Below, one piece after another: positions 38,313-48,864 of a stretch of 64,000 nt of DNA (position 1 is the stretch's first letter; each line of letters begins with the position of its first letter). Under the pieces are notes generated by a model. The model ran no database searches, had not been told where the DNA came from, and was given only the letters and a program-made list of their open reading frames with translations. Origin of the DNA: Bdellovibrio sp. (lineage in GTDB: Bacteria > Bdellovibrionota > Bdellovibrionia > Bdellovibrionales > Bdellovibrionaceae); contig JAKFBS010000002.1 in assembly GCA_036677065.1 (NCBI GenBank), positions 320,001 through 384,000 on the forward strand, read 5' to 3'. The position numbers and the translations under genes were made by a program.

Positions 38313-39550
38313 AGTTCTTTCACTTGGTTGTGTATTCTTTGATGTAACTCTGTGTTTTCTGGAGATTTTAAAACTTGAGAAATCCATCCTGCGATGGTTT
38401 TCATTTCGGCTTCTTTCATTCCGCGCGTTGTTAAAGCCGGTGACCCGATACGGATACCACTGGTTACAAACGGAGAACGAGTTTCATTAGGCACTGTGTT
38501 TTTATTTACCGTAATGCCGGCTAAATCTAAAATACCTTCAGCCACTTTACCAGTTACGGTGTCTGCCACTTTAGATTGTTTTAAATCGACTAAAATTAAA
38601 TGATTATCTGTGCCGCCGGTTACGATATTAAAGCCTTCTGCTTTTAATTCTTCAGCTAAGACTCTGGCATTTTTAATAACATGATCAATATAGGTTTTAA
38701 ATTCTGGCTGAAGGGCTTCGCCAAAAGCGACCGCTTTACCTGCGATCACATGCTCTAAGGGTCCGCCTTGAATTCCTGGAAATATTTTTGAATTGATCGC
38801 TTTAGCTTTTTCTTCTGAGTTAGTTAGAATTAAGCCACCACGAGGCCCGCGTAATGTTTTGTGCGTCGTTGATGTTGTGTAGTCAGCGAATTCAACAGGT
38901 GATTGGTGATGACCGCTGGCAACTAGGCCTGCGAAGTGAGCCATATCAACTAATAATTCTGCGCCAACTTCATTGGCGATTTCGCGAAATTTTGCAAAAT
39001 CTAAATGACGTGAATACGCAGAATAGCCTGCGATAATTAATTTAGGTTTTACCTCGCGAGCTGTTGTGTGGATGGTGTCGTAATTAATTAATCCTGTCGT
39101 TGGATCTAATTTATAACTGGCCGCTTTGAAAAGCAGTCCAGAAAAATTAACAGGCGAGCCGTGAGTTAGGTGCCCACCGTGAGATAAATCCATTCCTAAA
39201 ATGGTGTCGCCGGCCTTAACAGCCGCTAAGTACACCGCCATATTGGCTTGCGATCCAGCATGCGGCTGTACGTTTGCAAATTTAGAATTGAAAAGTTTTT
39301 TTGCGCGTTCGATAGCAATTGATTCTACGCCATCAACAAATTGGCATCCGCCGTAGTAGCGTTTTCCCGGATAACCTTCTGCGTATTTATTTGTAAGAAT
39401 TGATCCTTGGGCTTTCATCACCTGAGGTGATGTGTAATTTTCAGAAGCGATCATTTCTAAACCAAATTTTTGGCGCTCGAACTCTTGATCGATCAGATTA
39501 AAAACATCTGTATCATTAAAATTAGGAAAAACATTAGTAGTAGTGGCCAT
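38288..39550 (-). CDS. glyA: Serine hydroxymethyltransferase
   Basis: [38 protein letters not shown]. Confidence 0.97.
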   Translation of the reverse strand: MATTTNVFPNFNDTDVFNLIDQEFERQKFGLEMIASENYTSPQVMKAQGSILTNKYAEGYPGKRYYGGCQFVDGVESIAIERAKKLFNSKFANVQPHAGSQANMAVYLAAVKAGDTILGMDLSHGGHLTHGSPVNFSGLLFKAASYKLDPTTGLINYDTIHTTAREVKPKLIIAGYSAYSRHLDFAKFREIANEVGAELLVDMAHFAGLVASGHHQSPVEFADYTTSTTHKTLRGPRGGLILTNSEEKAKAINSKIFPGIQGGPLEHVIAGKAVAFGEALQPEFKTYIDHVIKNARVLAEELKAEGFNIVTGGTDNHLILVDLKQSKVADTVTGKVAEGILDLAGITVNKNTVPNETRSPFVTSGIRIGSPALTTRGMKEAEMKTIAGWISQVLKSPENTELHQRIHNQVKELCKSFPIY

Positions 39551-39565
39551 AGATACCTCGCTGTA

Positions 39566-40015
39566 TTAACAGTATGACGGATTTTCACCAAGCTTTGCAA
39601 CTCGGTTTGTGTGACGACCTTCACTGAATTTTGCTTCCATAAATAATTTGATCCATTTATTTGCTTGTTCTGTGGTCGTAAAGCGAGAGCCCATGCAAAT
39701 TACGTTAGCATTGTTGTGTTCTTTAGCAAGTTCTGCGATTTCGTCTGAGTGCAAAAGAGCTGCGCGAATGTGTTTAAATTTATTTGCACGCATCGCCATG
39801 CCTTGGCCAGAACCACAAACTAAAATACCGACAGTATCAGCATCATCAGGTTTAATTTTTTCACAAACTTTATTGGCAAAGTCAGGGTAGTCTACTGACT
39901 CTGTTGTAAAAGGACCGAAGTCTTCAACAGTATAGCCTTCAGCTTTTAATTGAGTAACAATAGCGGCTTTTAGGTCGATCGCTGCATGATCGCCTGCAAT
40001 TAAAATTTTTTTCAT
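39566..40015 (-). CDS. rpiB: Ribose-5-phosphate isomerase B
   Basis: DHAA, DYPD, CGSGQG, HNNAN, GRH..R. Confidence 0.95.
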   Translation of the reverse strand: MKKILIAGDHAAIDLKAAIVTQLKAEGYTVEDFGPFTTESVDYPDFANKVCEKIKPDDADTVGILVCGSGQGMAMRANKFKHIRAALLHSDEIAELAKEHNNANVICMGSRFTTTEQANKWIKLFMEAKFSEGRHTNRVAKLGENPSYC

Positions 40016-40029
40016 ACTCTAATGGTATG

Positions 40030-41298
40030 TTATTTTTCGAATTTAGAGAAAACTAAACAGCTGTTTGTCCCACCGAATCCAAAAGAATTATTCATTACAT
40101 GATTGATTTGACCTTTGCGCGCCGTGTTCGGAACGTAATCAAGGTCACAATCAGGGCTAACATTCTCTAGATTGATCGTTGGAGCTACTGTTTGGCTTAC
40201 GATAGATTGAATACAAAACGCTGATTCTAAAGCTCCTGCAGCCCCTAATAAGTGGCCAGTCATAGATTTCGTTGAAGAAACCCAAACTTTTTTTGCATGA
40301 TCTTTTAAAATCGATTTAACGGCGTTTGATTCAATGGGATCACCCATCGGAGTCGAAGTTCCGTGAGCATTAATGTAATTCACTTGCTCAGGCTTAATAC
40401 CAGCATCAGTTAATGCATTGTTCATCGCTAAGATAAATCCTGCACCATTTGGTTCTGGAGAAGTGATATGGTACGCATCTGACGAGGCACCATAGCCTGT
40501 AATTTCACATAAGATATTGGCATTACGCTTAAGAGCCGACTCTAACGATTCAATCACAAAAATCGCACAACCTTCACCAAGAACAAAACCATCACGGTCT
40601 TTATCCCAAGGACGACTGGCTTTTGTTGGATCATCATTACGAGTTGATAGCGCACGCATATTGCTAAAACCTGCAATCGCTAAAGGGCAGATTGTAGATT
40701 CTGTACCACCAGCAACCATAGCATCAGCAAGACCAAAACGAATGTAATTATAAGCTTCACCGATTGAATGCACACCTGAAGCACAAGCTGAAGCTATGCT
40801 GTAACTTGGACCTTTAAGGTTGTGATTCATCGAGATCCAGCCTGCAGCTAAATTTGTAATTGCAGCCGGAATAAAAAACGGAGACACGCGCGAAGGGCCG
40901 CGTTCCATCACTTTAGTATGTTGTTCTTCGATAATTGGAAGACCGCCCATACCAGATCCGATAATAGCGCCAACTCGTGGAGCCATGTCATCAGACACTG
41001 TTAATCCTGATTGAGTAAATGCCATTTTCGCACAAGCAATCGCGTAATGAATAAAAGTATCCATTTTCTTTTGCTCTTTTTTCTCAATGTAAGTGTCGGG
41101 ATTAAAATTTTTAACTTCACCGCCAAAGCGAACATCAAACTTACTAGTATCAAATTTAGTGATATTAGCGATACCTGAAACGCCGTTAATGGCATTGTTC
41201 CAAGTGTCTTCAAGTGAATTGCCAAGCGGGGAGATGACTCCCATGCCTGTGATTACAACTCTTTGCTGTCCGCCTTTGCGAGTGAAAGAAATAGACAT
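40030..41298 (-). CDS. fabF: 3-oxoacyl-ACP synthase II
   Basis: SACASG, NAHGTST, KSMTGHLLG, NSFGFGG. Confidence 0.96.
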   Translation of the reverse strand: MSISFTRKGGQQRVVITGMGVISPLGNSLEDTWNNAINGVSGIANITKFDTSKFDVRFGGEVKNFNPDTYIEKKEQKKMDTFIHYAIACAKMAFTQSGLTVSDDMAPRVGAIIGSGMGGLPIIEEQHTKVMERGPSRVSPFFIPAAITNLAAGWISMNHNLKGPSYSIASACASGVHSIGEAYNYIRFGLADAMVAGGTESTICPLAIAGFSNMRALSTRNDDPTKASRPWDKDRDGFVLGEGCAIFVIESLESALKRNANILCEITGYGASSDAYHITSPEPNGAGFILAMNNALTDAGIKPEQVNYINAHGTSTPMGDPIESNAVKSILKDHAKKVWVSSTKSMTGHLLGAAGALESAFCIQSIVSQTVAPTINLENVSPDCDLDYVPNTARKGQINHVMNNSFGFGGTNSCLVFSKFEK

Positions 41299-41308
41299 AA
41301 AATTATGA

Positions 41309-41545
41309 CTACGCTTTACCTTTAGAAACTAGGTAGCTTTGTACATCATTAACTGTTTTTAATTTTTCAGCGTCTTCATCTGGAATTTCGATATCGAATT
41401 CTTCTTCCATCGCCATAACTAATTCAACGATATCTAAGCTGTCAGCGCCTAAGTCTTCAATGAATTTAGACTCTAATTTTACTTTTTCAGGGTCTACGCC
41501 TAATTGATCAACGATGATATCTTTTACTTTTGCAGCTACTGCCAT
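41309..41545 (-). CDS. acpP: Acyl carrier protein
   Basis: [12 protein letters not shown]. Confidence 0.97.
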   Translation of the reverse strand: MAVAAKVKDIIVDQLGVDPEKVKLESKFIEDLGADSLDIVELVMAMEEEFDIEIPDEDAEKLKTVNDVQSYLVSKGKA

Positions 41546-41622
41546 GTGGTTCTCCTTGTAGTTCTTTTTACCTTTTAAATTTAATTGAATTTAATTTAAA
41601 AATTATTATCCAAATTTATGTT

Positions 41623-42363
41623 CTAGTTTAAATAAAGTCCACCATTTACATGTAACGTCTGGCCAGTGATATATGATGAGGCATCACTTAATAAAAACGC
41701 TACGGTTTGTGCAACTTCGCTTGGTTCGCCAGCTCTTCCCAAAGGAATTTTCTCAGAGAAAAACTTAAGCTGATCTTCGCCCAAAGCATCTGTCATATCA
41801 CTTTTGATATACCCAGGAGCAACGGCGTTGATACGAATATTTCTTGAAGCTAATTCAAGCGCTAATGAGCGTGTAAAGCCCTCAAGGCCTGCTTTTGAGG
41901 CTGCATAGTTAGATTGACCAGCGTTGCCACTTGATCCAATCACTGAAGAGATATTAACAACTGATGCATTTCTGGTTTTTAACAAATTCTTTGCAAAAGC
42001 TTTGCTGACATAAAATGTTCCGTAAAGGTTTGCTTTTAATACAGCATCAAAGTCTTCATCTTTCATGCGTAGCAACAATTGATCTTTAGTAATACCGGCA
42101 TTGTTCACAACACCATGAATATCGCCAAAAGCTTCAATCACTTTTGCTGAAGTGGCATCGACTTCTTCTTTAACAGTTACATTCATTTTAAAAGTCAGGT
42201 GACCTTCACCGGGCAATGAGCTTAGAACGGCCTGTGCTTGTGCCTCGGCGCTTGAATAAGTAAAGGCAACACGAGCGCCTTGTTCAGCACATTGCTTAAC
42301 AATCGCTGCTCCGATACCACGGCTTCCGCCAGTGATAAAAATGTTTTTACCTTTTAAGTTCAC
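41623..42363 (-). CDS. fabG: 3-oxoacyl-ACP reductase
   Basis: [26 protein letters not shown]. Confidence 0.95.
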   Translation of the reverse strand: MNLKGKNIFITGGSRGIGAAIVKQCAEQGARVAFTYSSAEAQAQAVLSSLPGEGHLTFKMNVTVKEEVDATSAKVIEAFGDIHGVVNNAGITKDQLLLRMKDEDFDAVLKANLYGTFYVSKAFAKNLLKTRNASVVNISSVIGSSGNAGQSNYAASKAGLEGFTRSLALELASRNIRINAVAPGYIKSDMTDALGEDQLKFFSEKIPLGRAGEPSEVAQTVAFLLSDASSYITGQTLHVNGGLYLN

Positions 42364-42423
42364 ATAAACTCCTGAATCTATAACCTGAACGAACTAGAGC
42401 TATTGCTCAAGGTTTTTTTCTGT

Positions 42424-43395
42424 TTACTTTTGCGCTGCTTCAATAAGCTTTAAATCGTCTAAATTTTGTGTAGAAAACACTTCGAACTCAGCATCAATTT
42501 TCTTTAAAAGGCCTTTTAAAACGCTGCCATGTCCACACTCAACAAATCGTTTATGACCTGCTTGTTTCATAGCCAACATGCTCTGAGTCCATTTAACTGA
42601 TCCAGAAACTTGTTTGATTAGATTTTCTTTTAAAATTAAAGCCTCAGTTTCAGCTTTTGCATGAAAATTTTGAAAGATCGGAAGCGTAGAGTTTTGAAAA
42701 TTTACGCCATTTAAAAATGCGCGCATTTTTTCTTCTGCTGGCTTCATTAAATCACAGTGAAACGGGGCAGATACTTGGAGTGGAATTAACTTAGCACGAC
42801 GTGGTTCTGGTAATCCGTTGGCCGCAAAAATTTCTGATTTAAAATTATCTTTTAGCCAATTTAAGGCTTTTAAACTTCCGCTGATAACGATCTGGCCGTC
42901 ACAGTTAAAGTTAGCCGCGTTCACAGGTTTAAAACCTGAGTTTTTTTCTGTCCATTGACATAAAAACATAACCTGAGCTTCATCTAACCCTAATGTCGCC
43001 GTCATTCCACCTTCACCAACAGGCACAGCTGATTGCATATATTGACCGCGGCTACGTACAGCGCGAACTGCATCTGGAAAACTAAATACTGAGCCTTCAA
43101 CAAATGACGAGTATTCGCCGATTGAGTGCCCCGCCGTTGCAGAAGGCTTAAGGCCAAAAGTCGTTTTTAAAACACGGGCAGTGGCCACGGATGTCGTCAA
43201 AAGGGCTGGCTGAGTATTTTCTGTTAAAGCTAGGTCTTGCTCAGAACCTTCAAAGCATAATTTTTTTAAATCAATTGATAGGGCGTCACTGGCTTCTTCG
43301 TACGTGTTACGCGCGATCGCGAATTCATCGAATAAGAATTTTCCCATTCCTGGGGCTTGGCTTCCTTGTCCTGGAAAAATAAAAGAAAATGACAT
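42424..43395 (-). CDS. fabD: Malonyl-CoA:ACP transacylase
   Basis: FPGQGSQ, TQPA, GHSIGE, VSAPFH. Confidence 0.95.
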   Translation of the reverse strand: MSFSFIFPGQGSQAPGMGKFLFDEFAIARNTYEEASDALSIDLKKLCFEGSEQDLALTENTQPALLTTSVATARVLKTTFGLKPSATAGHSIGEYSSFVEGSVFSFPDAVRAVRSRGQYMQSAVPVGEGGMTATLGLDEAQVMFLCQWTEKNSGFKPVNAANFNCDGQIVISGSLKALNWLKDNFKSEIFAANGLPEPRRAKLIPLQVSAPFHCDLMKPAEEKMRAFLNGVNFQNSTLPIFQNFHAKAETEALILKENLIKQVSGSVKWTQSMLAMKQAGHKRFVECGHGSVLKGLLKKIDAEFEVFSTQNLDDLKLIEAAQK

Positions 43396-43438
43396 AACAA
43401 ACTCCCTTGTTATTAAATTTCAAAATTTAAATGTAAAT

Positions 43439-44440
43439 TTAGAAACGAAGTAATACTGATCCTGAAGTTAAACCAGAACCGAACGCTGTGAGTAGTATTA
43501 ACTGTCCGCGTTTAAGACGACCATCGCGGTAAGCCATATCAAAGGCAATCGGAACAGACGCTGCAGATGTGTTTCCAGTTTCGTGAACTGAAGAAACGAT
43601 TTTATCCATTGAAAAATCAAATTGATTAGCAACAGCTTCAGTAATGCGAAGATTGGCCTGATGTGGAACAATCCAATCAAGATCTGCCGGAGTTTTTCCA
43701 GCTGCATCTAAAGCTTCGTGGCAGGCTGTAGCCATTGTGCGAACTGCATGTTTAAAGATTTCTTTACCCTTCATTTTCATGAAGTGTGCGCCTGAATCTA
43801 AAACTTCTTGAGAGAATGGCGTTTTTGTTCCGCCGGCTTCAAACCATAAAAGTTCAGCGTGCGAACCTTCGGCGTGACAATGACTTGTGATAATTGTGTT
43901 TTCATCTGTTGCACTTGCGCGTGATACGACCATTGCGCCAGCGCCATCGCCAAATAAAATACAAGTTTCGCGGTCTTTATAATTCACTAGGCGAGATAAA
44001 GTCTCGGCACCAGCGATTAAGATATTTTTATAAGTTCCATTTTTGATAAATTGATCAGCGATATGCATCGCGTACACAAAGCCTGTGCAAGCCGCGCTAA
44101 TATCAAAAGCCATAACGTTCTTAGCGCCTAGCTTGGTTTGTACGATACAAGCTGTGCCCGGCATACGGTAGTCGCCAGAGATAGTAGCTACAATAATTAA
44201 ATCAATATCTTGAGCGGTAAGATTAGCGTCTTTAAGGGCGTTTTGTGCAGCCTTAACGACTAGATCCGATGTAGCTTCAGTTGGTGCAGCTACATGGCGA
44301 TGTACAATACCTGTACGTTGAACAACCCAGTCGTGAGAAGTTTCGACCAATTTTTCAAGGTCGTAATTCGTTAAAACTTTTTCGGGTAGGTATGATCCTA
44401 CCCCGCTGATTCTGGTTTTAAACTGACTGGTGATAGACAT
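43439..44440 (-). CDS. fabH: 3-oxoacyl-ACP synthase III
   Basis: AACTGF, FGDGAGA, PHQAN, GNTSAAS. Confidence 0.95.
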   Translation of the reverse strand: MSITSQFKTRISGVGSYLPEKVLTNYDLEKLVETSHDWVVQRTGIVHRHVAAPTEATSDLVVKAAQNALKDANLTAQDIDLIIVATISGDYRMPGTACIVQTKLGAKNVMAFDISAACTGFVYAMHIADQFIKNGTYKNILIAGAETLSRLVNYKDRETCILFGDGAGAMVVSRASATDENTIITSHCHAEGSHAELLWFEAGGTKTPFSQEVLDSGAHFMKMKGKEIFKHAVRTMATACHEALDAAGKTPADLDWIVPHQANLRITEAVANQFDFSMDKIVSSVHETGNTSAASVPIAFDMAYRDGRLKRGQLILLTAFGSGLTSGSVLLRF

Positions 44441-44453
44441 AGTGGATTAAGTA

Positions 44454-44648
44454 CTACTTTTTAGCTTTAGCGGCGCTGATTTGTTTACCTTTATAGTAAA
44501 GAGCTCCGTCAGCAGCTTTAAAAGCGCGGTGAGGACGTACTAATTCTCCAGATTTTTTATCAATTGCCATCGCTGGTAATGCTAATCCATCGTGCGATCT
44601 TCTCATGTCACGAACTGATTTCGACGTTTTCTTCTTCGGTGTAGGCAT
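44454..44648 (-). CDS. rpmF: 50S ribosomal protein L32 (Cys-free form)
   Basis: [22 protein letters not shown]; between yceD and fabH. Confidence 0.92.
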   Translation of the reverse strand: MPTPKKKTSKSVRDMRRSHDGLALPAMAIDKKSGELVRPHRAFKAADGALYYKGKQISAAKAKK

Positions 44649-44747
44649 TTCAAACTCCTAATAAATCATTAATTTTGCTGCAAGCAAATTCACTTATATA
44701 TAAATGAAGGTTCTAATTTATGTATGATAGCGCCCCAAAAGGCAATA

Positions 44748-45311
44748 CTAATTTAATTTAAGCCCTTTGAGTACATTAAAGGCATTGTTCTTTTTCTCGT
44801 GTTCAATGGTATTGTCCATTTTTTCATCATAGATAAAGGTATCTGAATCAGCACTTTTGATGGCCGCTTTACAGGCTGGATCACCTTTGTCATGACGAGG
44901 ATTAAATGGGATCGAGAACGCTAAAGCTTCGTGCAAGAACTCGCCAATATCAAACTGCTCACCGAAATACTCAGAAACACTGGGGCCGTCTTGATTAAGT
45001 TCAGAAACATGGTTTGATTTAGAGAATTGGCTATTTTTAATCTCTTCAGCGCCTGGAATCAAAATTTCATGCACCGAGGCTTGCGCTTTAAAGTTAAAAT
45101 TTTCACCGCACGTAGAGCACAATTCTTCAGTTTCGCTCTTAATCGAGCCCTTTAGATCGTAATTCTTAGTGTTTAACGGACGGATGAACACTTGCGCCGT
45201 GTATTCAGCCTTACCAATCAGGTCTTCTAAAACTGCGTTTAATTCGCCGGTTTTACGGTTAAATACATAGTCGCGGCCATCTTCTGGAATTTCGTTTAAT
45301 TTAATTTTCAT
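44748..45311 (-). CDS. yceD: YceD/DUF177 protein
   Basis: CSTC, C-terminal F..LKGL; immediately upstream of rpmF. Confidence 0.85.
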   Translation of the reverse strand: MKIKLNEIPEDGRDYVFNRKTGELNAVLEDLIGKAEYTAQVFIRPLNTKNYDLKGSIKSETEELCSTCGENFNFKAQASVHEILIPGAEEIKNSQFSKSNHVSELNQDGPSVSEYFGEQFDIGEFLHEALAFSIPFNPRHDKGDPACKAAIKSADSDTFIYDEKMDNTIEHEKKNNAFNVLKGLKLN

Positions 45312-45336
45312 AATGTACGATCCTTATACCTAATTT

Positions 45337-45957
45337 TTAATTTCTTTTCCAGCCATAATTAAAGCTCACACTAATTCGTGGCTCGGCTGTTGTGTTTAAT
45401 GGAACTTCATGTCGTAACCAGCTCTCAAACATCACCACATCACCTTCATCAGGTTTAAGCGTAATAAAGCGCTGATTGATTAGTTTGGCTTTCAACTTTG
45501 GCATGGGTGCGTTCATAAAAAAACCTAAGCGTGGGTCTTCAAATTTAATAGGGCTTGAGCCTTTTGGCAGTTGTAAATACACCGTACCACTTATAACAGA
45601 TAGTGGGTGGATATGAGCTGTATGCTGTGCCCCTTCGGGCATTACATTCACCCAGCATTGGCTAAGATATAGATCTTTGGCGCTGATTTCGAACTCTAAG
45701 GCGTTTAGGTAGTTTTTAAGATGGATTTCAAGGGTTTGCTCTAATTTTTTAAAGCTAGGCATAACCATATGCAACTTATCAACCGAGCCATAGCTGGTGT
45801 ACCCTGAAACATAATTTTTCTCTGACCAGTTATGGCCAGCTTCGTCCGACGCCAACAGATTTTCGACGTCTTCCAAGAGCTGGTTACCTAAAGAGCGAAG
45901 AATCTTGGGGTTAGCTAAGGGCTTATTGTAAATTTGTGTCACGAAGGCTTGTATCAT
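45337..45957 (-). CDS. TIGR02466-like putative 2OG-Fe(II) oxygenase
   Basis: WVN, HIHP.SVISG, FEDPR, FESWLRHEV, RISVSFN. Confidence 0.8.
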   Translation of the reverse strand: MIQAFVTQIYNKPLANPKILRSLGNQLLEDVENLLASDEAGHNWSEKNYVSGYTSYGSVDKLHMVMPSFKKLEQTLEIHLKNYLNALEFEISAKDLYLSQCWVNVMPEGAQHTAHIHPLSVISGTVYLQLPKGSSPIKFEDPRLGFFMNAPMPKLKAKLINQRFITLKPDEGDVVMFESWLRHEVPLNTTAEPRISVSFNYGWKRN

Positions 45958-46098
45958 AAGGGCTCATATTTACGGTATAACCCCTTAATATGTTAGCCCT
46001 TTTTCGCCTATGTAAAATTATTTTACACCTCATAAGAATTCCTAATTGGTTTTAACCGATCTGAGACCTTACTTTGTCTTAAGTTGAGATTCAGAAAT

Positions 46099-46114
46099 GG
46101 GTCTGACGGTTGCA
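46099..46114 (+). promoter_or_regulatory. Sigma54-like promoter
   Basis: GGGTCTGACGGTTGCA, GG-N10-GC. Confidence 0.5.
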
Positions 46115-46145
46115 AGTACATAAGAGTAAGAAACAAGGAGTTTAT

Positions 46146-46478
46146 ATGAAAACATTAAAATCTTTAGCTTTAATCTCAATGATGGTTTTAGGATCTCAAG
46201 CTTATGCCATTGAAACAGTAGATTTTCGTGACATCATTAAAGAGAACTCTCAAGCGCAAACTGACTTACATAAACAAATCAAAGAAACAGTAGATTCTAG
46301 CCGTATCGCCGCTCAAACGTCTGATACAGGGTCTCAAGTTATCGCTGACAACGCTCAAACAGTTCATGTTAGAACTAAAAAAGATATGTTAACTTTTGCC
46401 AAAGAAAAAAAGCACAGCGCAGCTTCGCAAAAACAAAATGATAAAAGACTTGCGCAAGAGTTCCAAGATTTAGAATAA
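46146..46478 (+). CDS. Secreted helical hypothetical protein
   Basis: AAGGAG SD before ATG 46146, signal peptide ending AYA. Confidence 0.75.
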   Translation: MKTLKSLALISMMVLGSQAYAIETVDFRDIIKENSQAQTDLHKQIKETVDSSRIAAQTSDTGSQVIADNAQTVHVRTKKDMLTFAKEKKHSAASQKQNDKRLAQEFQDLE

Positions 46479-46485
46479 TAAGTGG

Positions 46486-46920
46486 GTGCAAACCCTTAAA
46501 TTATTCACCCTTATTTTTTTCATTTCAATCTCTGGCCTAGCAGCTGGTAAAAATAAAAAGCAAATGCAAGTGCAGCCAGTTATTCTGGCTGTTTCTTTTG
46601 AAGCCTTTGATAAAAACAAACAACTCTTAAATACCTTTTCATTTGATGGCGAACAGAAAACTGTTATTGCCGCCGACGTTAAAAATACCGGAAATTTCAA
46701 ATGTGAGAGTTCTGGGCAATTTGAAGTCGTACCTTTAAATGGTCAGAAATACATCGCTGCGTTTTTTAATTTCGAATGCGGCGAAAACGATCAAAAAACC
46801 AAATCAAAAATCGGCCGCCTATTAATTTCTGTTAACGATTATAAAAGCTTTTCTAAGACCATTTTTCTTCACAAAAACCAGCCAGAAGTTGTGCTTAAAA
46901 TTAAAGAACTTACCCTTTAA
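46486..46920 (+). CDS. Secreted hypothetical protein
   Basis: Signal peptide, two Cys. Confidence 0.6.
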   Translation: MQTLKLFTLIFFISISGLAAGKNKKQMQVQPVILAVSFEAFDKNKQLLNTFSFDGEQKTVIAADVKNTGNFKCESSGQFEVVPLNGQKYIAAFFNFECGENDQKTKSKIGRLLISVNDYKSFSKTIFLHKNQPEVVLKIKELTL

Positions 46921-47031
46921 TTGGCGCTAAGCGGTAAGCAAAGAGCGATTATCGGTTGTCATTTCAATCAAATATGACAAAACTATCCCACATTATTATA
47001 GAGCTAAAATACTACTAACTAGGAGATTCGC

Positions 47032-48147
47032 TTGGGTACTTTTGAAATGATCGCAAAGCACGGAGAACACGAAGAGATTTTATTTTGCCACGATAAAGAT
47101 GTTGGTCTTAAAGCCATCATTGCTATTCATAATACGGCGTTAGGCCCGGCTCTTGGTGGAACGCGCATGTGGAACTACAAAACTGAAGACGAAGCCTTAA
47201 CTGACGTATTAAGACTTTCTAAAGGTATGACTTACAAAGCTTCTGCAGCTGGCCTTAACTTAGGTGGCGGTAAAGCGGTTATCATCGGCGATCCTAAAAC
47301 ACAAAAAACTGAAGGTTTATTTCGCGCTTTCGGACATTTCGTAAATTCTTTAAACGGCAAATATATCACAGCTGAAGATGTTGGTACTGCTGAAAAAGAC
47401 ATGGAATACATCTACATGGAAACTCCGTGGGTTACTGGTATTCCTAAAGATTTCGGTGGTTCAGGCGATCCGTCTCCATACACTGCCCACGGTGTGTTAA
47501 TGGGTATCAAAGCTGCGGCTCACGAAAAATTCGGCACCGATGCTTTAAAAGGAATGCGCATTGCGGTTCAGGGCCTTGGTAATGTTGGTTCTAATTTAGT
47601 TAAGTACTTAACTGAAGAAGGTGCACAAATTATCGTTTCTGATATCGATCAAGCTCGTGTAACTAAAATCGTAAATACTTTTGGCGTTAAAGCTGTAAGT
47701 ACTGAAGAAATTTTAGGTGTTGATTGTGATATTCAAGCCCCATGTGCAATGGGTGCGATCGTTAATGATCAAACAATTGGTAAATTTAAATGTAAAGTTA
47801 TTGCTGGTGGAGCAAACAATCAATTAGCTGAACCTCGTCACGGCGATCATTTACGTGAATTAGGTATTTTATATGCTCCGGATTACGTTGTTAATGCTGG
47901 TGGCCTTATGAACGTATTCGTCGAACTAGAAGGTTATTCTCCAGACCGTGCGTTTGAGAAAACTCGCAAAGTTTATGATAACGTTAAAAGAGTATTTGAA
48001 ATCGCTAAGCGCGATAATATCGGCACTCACACGGCGGCTGATCGTATGGCTGAAGAGCGTATCCAAACAATTGGTAACCTTAAAAAACGTCACCCGGGTA
48101 AATCAGACCGCGCGTTCTCGACTTTAAAAGAAATTAAAAACAGATAA
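47032..48147 (+). CDS. Glu/Leu/Phe/Val dehydrogenase (leucine dehydrogenase-like)
   Basis: GPALGGTR, GGGK, AEDVG, QGLGNVG, GANNQL; TTG start after AGGAG. Confidence 0.93.
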   Translation: MGTFEMIAKHGEHEEILFCHDKDVGLKAIIAIHNTALGPALGGTRMWNYKTEDEALTDVLRLSKGMTYKASAAGLNLGGGKAVIIGDPKTQKTEGLFRAFGHFVNSLNGKYITAEDVGTAEKDMEYIYMETPWVTGIPKDFGGSGDPSPYTAHGVLMGIKAAAHEKFGTDALKGMRIAVQGLGNVGSNLVKYLTEEGAQIIVSDIDQARVTKIVNTFGVKAVSTEEILGVDCDIQAPCAMGAIVNDQTIGKFKCKVIAGGANNQLAEPRHGDHLRELGILYAPDYVVNAGGLMNVFVELEGYSPDRAFEKTRKVYDNVKRVFEIAKRDNIGTHTAADRMAEERIQTIGNLKKRHPGKSDRAFSTLKEIKNR

Positions 48148-48177
48148 TTTTTACGACATAAGAAAAGAGATATAAAA

Positions 48178-48864
48178 ATGGAATTTTTAGAAAAAAATGT
48201 AAAAGGAATTTTAGGCATTGCTGGTCTGGTTATCGTTGCTGGCCTAGTTGCTACTTTAGTAAATGCAAACTCAATTAAAAAAGAAAAACAAACACAAGAA
48301 AAGTTTTTCGCAATTGATGCTAAAGTTAAAAAGTATAAAGAAGAAAAATTCAAAGCTACTGATAAAACAGCTGAGAAAAAAGAAGAAGTGGCTTCGGTTC
48401 CTGTTGATGTAAATCAATTAAAAACAGAACTTGATGCTTTTGTTTCTGAAAACACTGGCTCAGTTGCCGCTCAAATTGCTGGTCTTGAATTAGCAAATCT
48501 TTTGTCTGATGAAAACAAATCAGCTGAGGCTTTAGCTTTACTGCAAAAAGTAGAGACTAAGACTGATCTATTATCGAATGTTTTAGTTCGCATGAAAATC
48601 GCACAAAGCTTAGCTGATCAAGATAAATGCTCAGAAGCTTTAGTTATCTGGGGTAAAGTTTTATCTTCAAAAGCTACATCGTATCTACATGCAGAAGCAA
48701 AAATCAATCAGGCTTTATGTTATAAAAAAATGAATGATCTAGCTAAAGCTGAAGAGATTTTAAACCAAGTTAAAAACGATAAAACGGATGAAACAGGCCA
48801 ATCAAATCGTGAAGCTGATAGAATCTTAAGACTAATTCAATTTAACAAATCTTTTGGAACATAA
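48178..48864 (+). CDS. YfgM-like membrane-anchored TPR protein
   Basis: N-terminal TM, TPR-like helices, directly upstream of BamB-like gene. Confidence 0.7.
   Translation: MEFLEKNVKGILGIAGLVIVAGLVATLVNANSIKKEKQTQEKFFAIDAKVKKYKEEKFKATDKTAEKKEEVASVPVDVNQLKTELDAFVSENTGSVAAQIAGLELANLLSDENKSAEALALLQKVETKTDLLSNVLVRMKIAQSLADQDKCSEALVIWGKVLSSKATSYLHAEAKINQALCYKKMNDLAKAEEILNQVKNDKTDETGQSNREADRILRLIQFNKSFGT

Noticed and set aside
38313..38387. Longer M23 peptidase start inside glyA
   Set aside because: ATG 38312 gives a lipoprotein signal; the extension would overlap glyA by 100 bp
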